In this document: piece after piece, positions 10,606 through 22,072 of the stretch | Layout: each line of letters begins with the position of its first letter | How positions within the stretch are numbered: the stretch's first letter is position 1 | Position numbers and translations under genes: made by a program | The notes under the pieces: model-generated | The model's input: the letters and a program-made list of their open reading frames with translations, nothing else | Told to the model about the DNA's origin: nothing | The model's database searches: none | From: Perkinsus chesapeaki ATCC PRA-425 | Lineage: Eukaryota; Protista; Perkinsozoa | Direction of reading: 5' to 3' | Length of the DNA: 64,000 bases | Assembly (NCBI GenBank): GCA_013115145.1 | Contig: JAAPAO010000004.1 | Span: forward strand, 62,001-126,000

Positions 10606-10833
10606 TGAGCGGGAAATGCTGTAGTCAACTTGAGTCAACGAATTGCATATGGTCTATAACGATATTTCGTAACTCAGAATCTGAGTCTCAGATCATCGTA
10701 AAATTTCATTTTTTCCCGCTTTTTCACTCTTTGCAGACTCCTCAATTCAATCGCGAAAAGTTGTGGCCCACAACTTGTGGGTTTTGAACCCAAAGTAAAT
10801 TACTCAACCCATTCCTCAAGGTTTATTTTACCG

Positions 10834-11484
10834 TCATGATTGCCATCGAGAACTTGCACCACTTAATAGGAGGACCTGAGGAGCGAATATCTCCTCAGGT
10901 CTGCTACATCTCGAGCGAACCTCAGACAGATGCCAACTTCGCATTATCATGCGATAACGTCTGACTCGTGCACAGTAATTACCACGCACTTTTGGAATTG
11001 AGCGAGACGGGATTTTCAATGCTTACCACAAGGGCTCGGACCCCGACCTGGTCTTCAGTTATCGAGGCAGAAATCCATGGGTCAGCTCCTCCATTGATAG
11101 ACAATATATTAGTTGCACCACTCAGTTTTTTCCTGCCATATTCGTTCTGAACTTCAGCTACATATTCCTTCAACTAGCAGGAGTTAACAAGTTTCAAATC
11201 GATATCCGAAGTACAGGCTGAGTTAGGCAGTAACGTACAATGGACATTGTTACCTTCTCCTCAGATATGTCGAACGCTTCGCATATGGCGATTGCTTGCT
11301 TCAGAACGTCACCGGTCCTCAACCATGGGCAGTTGTTCTTTTCGGTACATGGCTGTCGCATAGGAAGCCCTCTGCAATCAACAAATTCCCGCATTCTTAC
11401 GCCACTCCTATCTAGCGGATCCGCCAACCTGATATTAAACTCTCATTCTTCCGCACTCATCCGCGGATCATCCAACTACGGCGT
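10834..11484 (-). pseudogene. 3' fragment of a peptidase S28 (serine carboxypeptidase) gene
   Basis: CTEKNNCPW...AICEAFDISEEK and EYGRKKLSGATNILSINGGADPW resemble the S28 C-terminus. The 5' part is missing at the TIR element boundary. Confidence 0.6.
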
Positions 11485-11660
11485 CACGGGTATGTTTTGG
11501 TGGGGCTGAAGTGAGAAAAATTCTTACAAAAAACTAACTATACTACCTGATAGAGAAAATTACGGGGATTCAGAATATATATGTCACGCCGTTTCAAACG
11601 TTTTTTTACAAAAATTTCGCTCGCCCAAAATTCTGCGCGCTTTTTACTACGTGCCTGCGC
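11485..11660 (+). repeat. Left TIR
   Basis: cacgggtatg...gtgcctgcgc is the reverse complement of 12544-12720. Confidence 0.95.
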
Positions 11661-11758
11661 ACGCATACCGTACTAGACCCAAGTTTTGGGTTGGTGACAA
11701 CGCAATATAATAGCTTAATAGCTGCAACTGATCATAATATATAGTATACCGAGTTGTA

Positions 11759-12220
11759 TCACTCGACACCGCCACTTGATGAGCTGGAGCTGCTGGAATC
11801 ATCGTATGGATGACTGGCGGTACTGTTGGCCCTTGTCGGTATGCTTACCGAGCATATATCCTTCGATCTAGTACGTAGTGGATCGGAGGTATTCACTGGA
11901 GCTTGGACAAAGAACCGCTTTTGCTCTCTCCATTCGTTCACATCCAGCTTTCCGAGTGCTAAACCACTAAGACGAACCTGGCAGGACGGGCACAGGACCT
12001 TCGGGACCCGTAAATTAGCCAGCTCGCTTATGAAGTCGATGTCATAGAACTCTACAGCTCGCTCGCAGGTAGTTTTGCCTCGCGGACTGGTTCTCGCCTT
12101 CCCCGCTGTAGGAGGAATCCGACCGTAACAAAAACGGCAAACACAATATAGCTTTGCGACGTGATGCGCGTCACAAGCTGCAGACACCTCAGGTGGGATG
12201 GCTAGAGGGAACTGGGACAT
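11759..12220 (-). CDS. Truncated transposase N-terminus with a Chapa/RAG1-like zinc finger (153 aa)
   Basis: H-x7-CRFC (HVAKLYCVCRFC) followed by FYDIDFISELANLRVPKVLCPSC, and a later TRSKDICSV. Confidence 0.7.
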   Translation of the reverse strand: MSQFPLAIPPEVSAACDAHHVAKLYCVCRFCYGRIPPTAGKARTSPRGKTTCERAVEFYDIDFISELANLRVPKVLCPSCQVRLSGLALGKLDVNEWREQKRFFVQAPVNTSDPLRTRSKDICSVSIPTRANSTASHPYDDSSSSSSSSGGVE

Positions 12221-12543
12221 TGGAGAGTATAACTGGTTATTGGAGGTCTGATTGATATTTCACTCCTCTTTCGGTCTTTTACAGAGCGAGTATTCACTAG
12301 CCTGATCATGGAAAGGGGGCGGTCGCAGGTGGTGATTGGTTCAATCAATCCCAGATTGGTGCAAGCTAGATGGCTGAATATAGTCAGGATATTGCGTTTT
12401 CTGGCATATTTCGTCGTTGTTCATCAATGTTTTAGTGCTGGTGCTTCTTCGTGAGCTGCCGGTGTACGTGTGTTCGGGTTTCGGGCCGTTGTACAGTGCC
12501 GAAACTTTCGGCACTGTACTCGTTCATTGATACAACTTTTAGC

Positions 12544-12720
12544 GCGCAGGCACGTAGTAAAAAGCGCGCAGAATTTTGGGCGAGCGAAATTTCTTGTAAA
12601 AAAACGTTTGAAACGGCGTGACATATATATCCTGAATCCCCGTAATTTTCTCTATCAGGTAGTATAGTTAGTTTTTTGTAAGAATTTTTCTCACTTCAGC
12701 CCCACCAAAACATACCCGTG
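12544..12720 (-). repeat. Right TIR
   Basis: gcgcaggcac...catacccgtg. Confidence 0.95.
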
Positions 12721-12721
12721 A

Positions 12722-13068
12722 GCTATAATCCAATAATGACTCCGACGGAAGCAGAACTCTAGAGGTAAAGTCCTCGAAGACATCCTTCATCAACGATCGC
12801 TGGATCAGTTGGTTCTTGACCTTACTCAGATCCTTCTTATCCTCAACGGGTAAACCATCATACGCAGCAAGAACAGAGCCTTCCAGAAGTAACGGAATAT
12901 ATTTATAGGTCTCATCAATGATGAGATGAGTGATGATGAGTCATCATCACTCCATGCGTAGAACGCCGCGATACTACGATACTTCTCAAACCATGCTTCA
13001 ATTCTCGCTATTGTCAACCCACTACTAGACAAGGGACTTGGAGTAACCTTTAACGTAGACGCCACCAA
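12722..13068 (-). pseudogene. Degenerate gag of an older LTR element
   Basis: IEAWFEKYRSIAAFYAWSDD, then after a frameshift YIPLLLEGSVLAAYDGLPVEDKKDLSKVK...FEDFTSRVLLPSESLLDY, typical of a retrotransposon capsid. Cut by the right TIR. Confidence 0.65.
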
Positions 13069-13235
13069 TTCTTACAAATACCAGTATGTGAGGTTCGAAG
13101 TTGCCGTTGGGAACCAGGAGCTGCTACCACTTGCAGTAGTGATGACGCAACAGTCAGGCAGTTCAGGAAAGAACTTGTTATGCCACTAAAGGGAACATAG
13201 CTACCGAAGTCAGCCTTAGCGTAATTGTGTTCATG

Positions 13236-13427
13236 TGTAGTGAACTGAGGAAGCTGTTGATGTTACACAATGATTGTCCCTTAATTGTGTGATGTATTAT
13301 GAGCTATGCTGCGCAATACCTGTTCTCACTAGCCTTCTGTAACACGTAGTATTCCTTTTATTTTAAGAAGTTCTCCTCCGTATCCCTTTAACAATGGTTT
13401 TGTTAAGTCAAGAGGGAAATCACCACA
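13236..13427 (+). repeat. 5' LTR of element 2
   Basis: tgtagtgaac...caccaca, 191/192 identical to 18437-18628. Confidence 0.95.
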
Positions 13428-13428
13428 T

Positions 13429-13446
13429 TGGTACCCGATGCAGGAT
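13429..13446 (+). promoter_or_regulatory. Primer-binding site of element 2
   Basis: TGGTACCCGATGCAGGAT lies 1 nt after the LTR and continues as the complement of a tRNA T-loop (ATTGA). tRNA identity not assigned. Confidence 0.75.
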
Positions 13447-13494
13447 TGATGATTTATCGGAGGAGACTGCCAGGAGTTTGCCGAAGCAACTGGT

Positions 13495-16400
13495 TTGGAC
13501 GCACGTTATGTCATTTATCTTCGTCAAGATGAGGTTGATTTGCTGATTGGTAAAGTTTCTGGTGAAGATGCTAATAAGATGTTGCACTTGCGACATCTTT
13601 GGTACACGTTCACATCTACTAAGGCGACTAGTGCTAGACATTTGCAACAAGGTCACCCCGACGGCAATGTGAGTAGATATCATGTACATCTTCCAGAAGT
13701 TGTTGCTCCCTCAGAAACCAGCCGCAATGACACTGTTAGTGCAGCTGACTATCATTTTGATAGGCAAACTCTGACTGATGAAGCTACTAATGTGAGATCT
13801 ATGGGAGTGGTGTCTACACTGCCATTGCCTGCTGGTGGCAAGCTATTCTCGGGACGAAGTGACCCAAGACCTGTTTCTTTCTTTCTACGTGAATGGCTGC
13901 AGACATGTAAACTATATGGACTCTCTCCTGATAACTGCTGGCGGTTTCTTTTAAGGTGTCTTTCTCAAAGTGTTACGAGTGAATTGACCGATATCCTTGA
14001 GGAGAAACACTTGCTATTGGAGGGTTCGATAGAGGATCGTCTCATTGCTGCTGAGAGCTTCTTACGGTCAGCTTTTGATGTAACGAATGATAGTATTCGC
14101 TACCGAAATCGCCTGGCACAGGTTAAGCAACGTAGTAATGAGCCAATTGGTGATTATATTGGCCGTTTACGAGAAGGAATTATGGAAGGCAAATGTATTG
14201 GTTTGTCTATAACTCAAGACGAGATCTTGGATAAGTTCATTAAAGGTTTGAAGCCTAACTATCAGAAGACGGTCAAGGCTACCTACTCTCACGTGAGGGA
14301 TGTTAATGACCTATGTTCTAAATTGACTTTGTGGGAGGGAGCCAATGCAGGTACAGACTCCACAGTGAACGCTGTTGTGGATGAAGATCAACCTGCACAA
14401 GCGGCTCCAGTGCCTAGTAGGCACTGCCTACTCCAGCAACTATTAATGTCTCTGCAGAAGTCCCTTCGAGTTCACAAGCTGAAGTGAATGGTCCGGGAAC
14501 GTTTAGATCAAAGAGACCCTTCCGATGCTGGCATTGTGACGGCCCACATTTACGACGTAACTGCCCTGTCTTACGGTCGACCACTGCGGCGCCCCCTTCG
14601 AGCACTTCGACGACTCAGCCAGATACGTCCCAAAATTCAGTTCCTGCTTCAGCTGCTAAACCTCAGGCTGAGAAGGAGGTTTCCTCTGTTAACAGCGCTG
14701 ATAGTAAACGGTTTGAGAAGCTTGGTGTGGTTGGTGATGTACTGGCTCTTGCAGGAGACAGTGCATGTACTGTGGACCTCATAATAAGGCAAGCAAATGG
14801 TGATATTGGTTATGCTGCTAAACTTCCTGCCCTACTTGATACTGGCGGACATGGTTCTGCATATATCAATGCGGGTTTGTTTAGAGAGATGGTGGCGGCG
14901 GATGTAATTGGTGAATCCCTCAACTCTTGTAGCAACGTTAAATTTGGTAACGGTGAGTGTGCTCAAGTACTTGGTTGCTTCAAAGTGAACATTGAGAACG
15001 AAGTGAAATCTACTCTTGTGGAGAATGTTGAGGTCAAGGTGATTGAAGGCTTGTCTCCGGATTTCATTATAGGATATTGATAGAATGCCTTGATGGAACG
15101 ACCGGTAGAGCTCAAGACCCTCTCCCGACTACATTCCATGACAAGTACGATGAGAAGATCAACGTTCTACATCCTATCGATGTGAGAAATCAATGCGCTA
15201 TTACGCATTCTGATAGTGGATTCACGGTTTCCTGTCCCGCTCTCAGTGGAATTTCGGTTATGCCCTTTACCGAGCCCCGACGGAAGCGTAACCGAACTCG
15301 TGAGATGGCTATCCATCGGAGAATCGGCATAGCAGCTCGAGAGTGTAAGTTTCGTGAGGTAACTGTTGAAGAAGCTACGGTGATTAATGAAGTAGTATTG
15401 GTCGATAAGAAGCATGGTTCGGCCAAGCCGCTAACGCAGGTGGATATCTGCACTATGAGTGATGAGGAGGTTAAGGCCCGCTTTAGGGTTACTCTCGATT
15501 TGAGAAAGCTCAACAGTATGCAGCTTGTACCGAGATCCCCACCCGATAAAGAGTCTTTATTAAAGACGATGGTTATGTATGGGTCATGAAGTCCGACATC
15601 GCTCAGACCACGAAGAGGAATACCGACATCACCCAATCTCAAGATGGAGCTCTTAATATTCTACGGTTATGGCCACCATCAATGAGACGGTATTTTGTCA
15701 AAGTAGACCTAAGCGATGCCTTCTCATCGGTTCATCTCGATAGCAATCTGTGGCCTTTGTTTGCTTGTAGGACCACAGATCAAGATGGTAATGAGCACCT
15801 ATGGGTATGTGTAGTTCTTCCACAAGGATGGCGCTATAGTCCGATACTATTCTCGAGGGTTGTGGGTTCTATTCTAGATGAAGCTAGAGTCATCTGTGGA
15901 AAAATGGGTTTGCCGATACGGCTTGGTCATTTTCAAGATGACATATTGATAGGAGGGGAGAATGAGAGATGTGTATTACAAGCGAAAGAAGTTGTGGTCG
16001 ATTTGTTTGCTCGGTATGGTTTTATGGTGGCACTACACAAATGTGAAGCTGGTGATATTGTTGATTTTTGTGGTATTCGTTGTTATCGAAGTGAGGTTTT
16101 TCCGAAAGTGAAAGTACCTTCTTTGACTGACGCTGCCATTGAAGAAAGTTGTGCAAGCTTCAGCAAGTTCCATGACTTGGAGTTCAGGAAGAGCTGGATC
16201 CGAAGTTGGTCTGGTAGGTTTCAATGGCTATCAAGATGGCTTTCTCCTGATGCTAAGGTTATTCTACGTAGACTTCAACGAGTCGATCCTAGAAGTTCGA
16301 AGGCAACATCCCTAGTCAAGCAGCTAGCTCGATATTACTTGAGTGGATTAGCGTGTCTTTATGTTCTTGGAAATGGTAATGGTTGTCACGTTATGGGTAC

Positions 16401-18405
16401 AGCTATTATGGTGGATTGCAATAAAGACGCCTGGGCCGCTATTATATTCCAGCTGCTTGTCGTAAAGAAGGATGAAGTCGCCCACTTTGGTCCTCACGCT
16501 GTTGGTTGGCATCAAGCGTTAGATGCCTTGGCTTTAAGGATGTGTTCCGAGCTTGATATTCAGCTGGCCAACGACGAAGTGTGTCTGTTACTCCCGCTTT
16601 CTCTCGATGGTGGTTTGGTGACGGTAGAGGATATGGCTCGTTCATCAACCTTCCGAGAAAGGAAAGCCCAATTGCTGGCCTTGCATAGGTTCCTTCCATT
16701 ATGCACCTCTCCGGTGGTGATGATTGGAGACAATGCCAATACTGTCGGAGACCGTTATTGGCATACGGTAGAGAACGATCATGCTAACAATGAGCTAGAG
16801 CTAAGAATGATAGCTGAATATCATCGTACTGTTGCGGTTACCTTGTGGGTACCTAGGCTCTCGGTTGTATTGCTTGTAGACTCAATGGCTAGAGTCCTAC
16901 CACAGGATCTTGCTGTGGGGAATATCACTAATGACGATCCTTTGCACATTATCGATAGCTTGTTAGGCTCTCTGGATGATATGACGAGTGATATTATTGC
17001 TACTAATAATGAGTGTGACGATGACATTGCGATTGAGCCATTCCAGTGTCCCCGATATTGTGATCTTGATGAGGTTCGCGAGGCACAGCAGACTTGTCCT
17101 GAATGCCAAGCGTTGGTGAAAGGTAGTGGTTTCATTGCTGACGATGATGGAGTTATATTTAGGGTTCAAAGGTTTAGCCCTACTGGCAGAATTGTCAAGC
17201 AGCTTCTAATTCCCGTTCATTGCCGAAAGACCCTAGTGATGCAAGCTCATGCTGACTGTCATGCTAATACAAAACAGCTGAAGTTTCTCCTTTCGGACTG
17301 GGGCTGGTTTCCAAAAATGGGAAATATATGCCGTGGTATTTGTCAAGCTTGTGAGGTGTGCCCAGTCACCGCTACCAAACAAGGACGTGAGCTTGCACCT
17401 CACGGGACGCGGCGTCCTGTGGAAGGTATGGCAGCAGCATGGCAACGAGTTGGAGTCGACGTACTACATGTTGGTTCTGGTGGTAAACTATTGACCTGCA
17501 CGGACTGGTATACGGCATTCTGTGATTTCACTCCCATTCCTGATACCAAGGCCGAATCTTTGGTTAGAGGTATGGTACTTATCTTTATGCGCTGCGGTTT
17601 TCCTAGAATATGCTTCTCTGATGGCGAGTTTTCGTCTAGAGCTATACAAACATGGGCTAAAGATGCTGGTATATCTTGGAATATACACCCAAGCAATCAC
17701 CCACAGGCTGGAGGTTATTATGAGCGACGTCATAGAATTATTCTAGAGTCTCTACGAAAACTAGTGCTCAGTGATGGAGGTTCTGACTGGTCTGACGAGA
17801 TGGTATTGGAGCAGGTGAAATGGTTGGTGAATCATGGTGAGATTGGACAGAGTGGTATCTGTCCTGCTCTTTTATTCTATGGTCGTATTCTTCCAATGCC
17901 ATGCATGAAGGGAGCAGATGATTCCTTGGTATTGACGAGACCAGACTCTGTGTTGGGCTCAATGAGGGTGGCTGAAAGTGTCAGTAGTCACTGTGAGCGA
18001 CTTCTTGGTATATTTGTTAAGGAGTGGCTTTCCCAAAGAGAAAGGTCATCTCCTGTCAGAAAATATGAAAGTGGCTTGAAGACTGGTGAGTTAGTCTATG
18101 TTTTCACTGAACGTGTACATAAACTAGCTCCTACCTTTCGAGGACCGTTTCCGGTATTGGCCGTAAGAGGACGACATGTTATGATCACTACTCCTAATGG
18201 TGTAGAGACTCATTGGCTTGGTAATTGTAAACGACATCATCCTGATGGAAATGTATCTGCTCCATCCCCGGATGTCCCACAAGAGGAGGCTCCCTCTGAA
18301 ATGAGTGAGGACCAGGAGTTGCAAGTTCGTGCCCCAAAGAGAGCTAGAGCTGAAGACTGGACTAATGAAGCTGCTGATAGAGCTAAGAAGTCTGCGAGAA
18401 TGTGA
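13495..18405 (+). CDS. Gag-Pol of element 2, broken into ORFs 13495-14487, 14484-15080, 15077-15589 and 15586-18405
   Basis: Capsid-like QVKQRSNEPIGDYIGRL; knuckle CWHCDGPHLRRNC; protease LLDTGG; RT RVTLDLRKLN, KVDLSDAF, LPQGWRYSP, FQDD; RNase H MVDCN, GDN; integrase HADCH..CEVC, GVDV, FSDG, YERRH; RGPF. Confidence 0.9.
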
Positions 18406-18436
18406 TTGCTTGCTATCTCATTTTAAGGGGCTGTTA

Positions 18437-18628
18437 TGTAGTGAACTGAGGAAGCTGTTGATGTTACACAATGATTGTCCCTTAATTGTGTGATGTATTA
18501 TGAGCTAAGCTGCGCAATACCTGTTCTCACTAGCCTTCTGTAACACGTAGTATTCCTTTTATTTTAAGAAGTTCTCCTCCGTATCCCTTTAACAATGGTT
18601 TTGTTAAGTCAAGAGGGAAATCACCACA
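18437..18628 (+). repeat. 3' LTR of element 2
   Basis: Matches 13236-13427. Confidence 0.95.
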
Positions 18629-20645
18629 ATGGGGACAGGAAGAATATTATGGGACAATTAACACAATATCGCCTACACACTGTGTGTATATTCTGCGAAG
18701 CCTTCTGGTGGGCGGGGGCACGCCCTTGCTACGGAGAATTTATCTCCGCAACCTGATGTAAGGATCTTGACGAAGTTGAAAGGAATATAACCGTCCTCTT
18801 CCTCAAGGACCTTGAGATCTACCTTGAGTCAAGGTAGATCTCACGTCATAGGTAGAGGAACTCTTCCGATGGGTTGCATGAACACCCGACTACAGTACCA
18901 CCATCGACCCATTCGGTCTTTGATAGCAGTCATCTACAAGGTTCGCATGCAAGACAGGAATCGGCCCAGGCCTACAGTATGTGTCACATAGCACGTGATT
19001 GTGCAAGTAAACAATCCGAGTGTCCCCTAGCGCTAGTAGTATCCATTGATGCGTATATGTTAATAGTTAAGGACCTTAACTTAACTTAACTTAACTTAAG
19101 GTTCTATGAATCCACCAGTGTCGAGTTCTGGTTATTACAGCCTACCATCATTAGGAGGAGCTTGCTTGAATGGGACGTGTCCAACACTAAACAGGAGTAT
19201 GCACGTGCACGTACGTTGTTGAGCGCTTTTCTTTGACGCGCACCACCATTGTGTCGCGGGCGCGCCACTCCCTCTGTCCGTACGGGTTTTACTAACGCGA
19301 CACTTCGTTTGTTCACATGAGTGATGCGACCTACTTATTGGTAGGCCGTGAGGAACGAAGTTCCTCATGCAAATGCCCAAATGTAGCAGAGTAGTAAGCC
19401 GCGGTAAGCACAGCCTTCAGGAGGATGGAGTGCATGGTGGTGTTAGGTAGGACCACTAAACTACCAAGCCTTACTAACCAAGCAAACTATAAGTTTTCCA
19501 CACGCAACGTCGTTCACCCCCAATGAATCCGTTTCCGATATGGTGATGGATAGTGTAATGATAATGATGACAGGTCTAGAGTATGTAACATTCAGATTGA
19601 ATTGGAATACCAAGTGAATCGCAATGATGACTCTCCGGGAGCATCAACCGACGTGGTACTCATATACAGTTGGCTCGCGATAAAAGTGTTCTCTCGGTAT
19701 GGAAGATGATGCTAACTCGCGCGATCGAAGGTTCCTACTTCAGACTGGCCTGCTTGTGAAGGATGGTGAACGTGATGGGTTTTGGGCTGGCCATCTCAAT
19801 CCTCCACCGAGCTGCTACAATATTCTTTTTCCGCGCTAATGGAGTATGTCCCGCATGGAATATACTCTATCAGAATAGGAAAGAATATATTCAATATGGT
19901 CATGAACGTGCGAGGTTGCGCTTCTCCGCCTTTACTCCGTGTTGTGTTTACAAGTAAGCGTTAACTTCCGGTAGCTATCCAACCCAATCGGTGGGTAGGC
20001 TATACTATAATTAACTTGTAGAGGTAGTTCAATCTCATAGTAGCATAAGGGATATACTGAGCAGCAGTGCCGATACTCGAGCACAGCGATGACGTGCATA
20101 GTCTAATCAGCTAGGTCCAGTGAAGCGAGCTAAGACGGGTGAACTCGTCAGAGGGTCGGTGCGACATGGTTAAACGATCAAAATCGGTGAATATTGATTC
20201 ATGAGTGGGACACGTATTAATAGACCGATAAACTTACATTCACGAATTTACCGATGACAATTATGCTACATAACTCAATGATGATACATCTTCTATTCTA
20301 CCGCGGCAGCAAAGTCCAAAGTTATTCGAGTTCGAGTGAGGAATCCTTGCCAATCTCGACTGAAGCTCGTTCTTCGAACAGAGCGGGCACTCCGGCTGCC
20401 GAGGGCGCTACCCCCCAGAGCACCGCTCGCCATGAATCCTGCGTCCACTCACGAGAAAAATGGTCTTGTTTCTTGATAACTCAATCTTCCTTCACGACTC
20501 AACATCCATGAGAATAAGAGGACTCTCTACAAAGCATGACGATTGGGAAACATAAACTTGCCGACTAACCGTGCTGGTGTGGTCCAGAATCCAGCGAAAT
20601 TGACGATTTGTTGAACTTGATGAAAAAATCTCTTTTCATAGATGC

Positions 20646-21464
20646 TCACGCAGTTTTTCGGGCGGTCCTCCGGTCTATGGGGCATCCAAGAATCTTAGCA
20701 ACTGAATATTTGCTAGGAACAAATGCGTGGACTTCGTTGGCGTATTCATCATAGGCATCACCGAATTCTCCTGTGGAACCTCTAAGGCCACCCTCCTCGA
20801 AGAGGAGTGTAGCAGGTATGATATATATCGACCATAAGGCAGATAGCTGCAAATGGTTAACCGTATAGGCGGGGAGAGCCCAATACATCCATAAGAATGA
20901 TGATGCCGCGGGATGACGTACCAGATTGTAGGGGAAAGTAGTGAGCAACTTCGGAGCATGCTCTTGGTCCTCAGAGTACTTGTAGCGGCTGGTACCAAAG
21001 ACATGATCAGGCATAACGTAGAAAAGACCAAGAAGATAAAAATTGGCCAATAGGAATATCCCTCCAGAAATGAGCACTTGACTGAGTCCAATGTTGAAGA
21101 TGTCGAAGCGACTGCAGTCACTTATCGGTGTCCAACCATAGATGCTAAGAAACCAAGTTATTGGACTTAGGAAGGCGAACAACGGTCTTTCATAGAGCTT
21201 GTCCTCTAGGCCCAGAAATCTCTTAACTACTGTTCGAGCGAGTAGCGAGTGTGTCCCAGAGAATATCAAAAATGCTCCAATGTTCGACACAAATGCCTTT
21301 GGATCGAAATGGGTGCACTGATCAGCTGGCAGGATTTCCCTCGAGTCCATAGTGTTACCACCGATACCGAAGGGATCATTCATAATGAAATTGAGCCAGT
21401 ACACATAGACAAAGTGTACACTTATGAAAGCGAAGCGGGAGAGGAGGTAGGCAGCAAAGGACAT
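20646..21464 (-). CDS. MddA/nurim-like (ICMT/STE14 superfamily) membrane methyltransferase, intronless, 272 aa
   Basis: THSLLAR, ERPLF, WTPI, LLTTFPYNLVRHP, WALP..TVNHL, FEEGGL...FGDAYDEY...V.AFVP; several TM helices. Confidence 0.75.
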   Translation of the reverse strand: MSFAAYLLSRFAFISVHFVYVYWLNFIMNDPFGIGGNTMDSREILPADQCTHFDPKAFVSNIGAFLIFSGTHSLLARTVVKRFLGLEDKLYERPLFAFLSPITWFLSIYGWTPISDCSRFDIFNIGLSQVLISGGIFLLANFYLLGLFYVMPDHVFGTSRYKYSEDQEHAPKLLTTFPYNLVRHPAASSFLWMYWALPAYTVNHLQLSALWSIYIIPATLLFEEGGLRGSTGEFGDAYDEYANEVHAFVPSKYSVAKILGCPIDRRTARKTA

Positions 21465-22072
21465 TTACGGAAGGCGACTACGGCTAAATGAAGGACCGGC
21501 TACCAGTAAAGGTGAAGTGCAGCAGCTATACTGTAGGCCGCATCATGAGTTAGCCGTTTGGAAGTGGGATACCTTCACAGGATCTAATACCTGGGATCAT
21601 GCCCCATTGAGCATCCCTAGCACTTTGCACATCGTCGTTAAGGCAATGTAGCTATAATGTGATACGAACCCTGAGCCTGAACTAGCCCCTCACTAAGAAC
21701 TCTATGATTGAAGGGTTTTGGTTGCCTAATGCTACATCACCAATACACATCGTTTATTAGCCTGGCATATACAATATTAACTACTATTAACTTCAGGGGC
21801 TCGTAGGCTCAAACGTCCGTCAACTATCAAAACTTCAGTATTGTCTACTCAGTGCATGGATCGACCTGAGATACATCGAGAGCGCTTATAGAATACTACT
21901 GGTGACTAATAATCTCCCTCAAACCTTACATCATAATACTATTAAGTGGCTAACTGTACGCACAAACAAATAATAGGGCGAGCGAGAAATCCAAAAGATC
22001 AATTGTTGTCGTTGCCCTTGCGAACGCCGTCAGCCGCAGTCTTCGTGAATTGACAGTGTTATTGAATATCTA

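Larger units (their letters stand above)
11485..12720 (-). mobile_element. Non-autonomous Chapaev-like (CMC) DNA transposon
   Basis: 176/177-bp TIRs (11485-11660 and 12544-12720) with one mismatch and one indel, CAC...GTG termini, and an internal ORF with a Chapa-type zinc finger. No DDE core and no TSD. Confidence 0.8.
13236..18628 (+). mobile_element. LTR retrotransposon 2, Ty3/Gypsy domain order
   Basis: 192-bp TG...CA LTRs with 1 mismatch, a PBS, and gag-PR-RT-RH-IN in four successive -1-shifted ORFs. Confidence 0.95.

Noticed and set aside
15059-15065. G GAT TTC as a programmed -1 frameshift site in element 2
   Set aside because: Shifting there would destroy the protease-terminal DFIIGY-L motif. 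A missing T at 15077-15078 explains the break, as single missing bases do at the other junctions.
19075-19100. (TTAAC)n as an interstitial telomere
   Set aside because: Only about 5 units and not a TTTAGGG/TTAGGG-type repeat; treated as a microsatellite.
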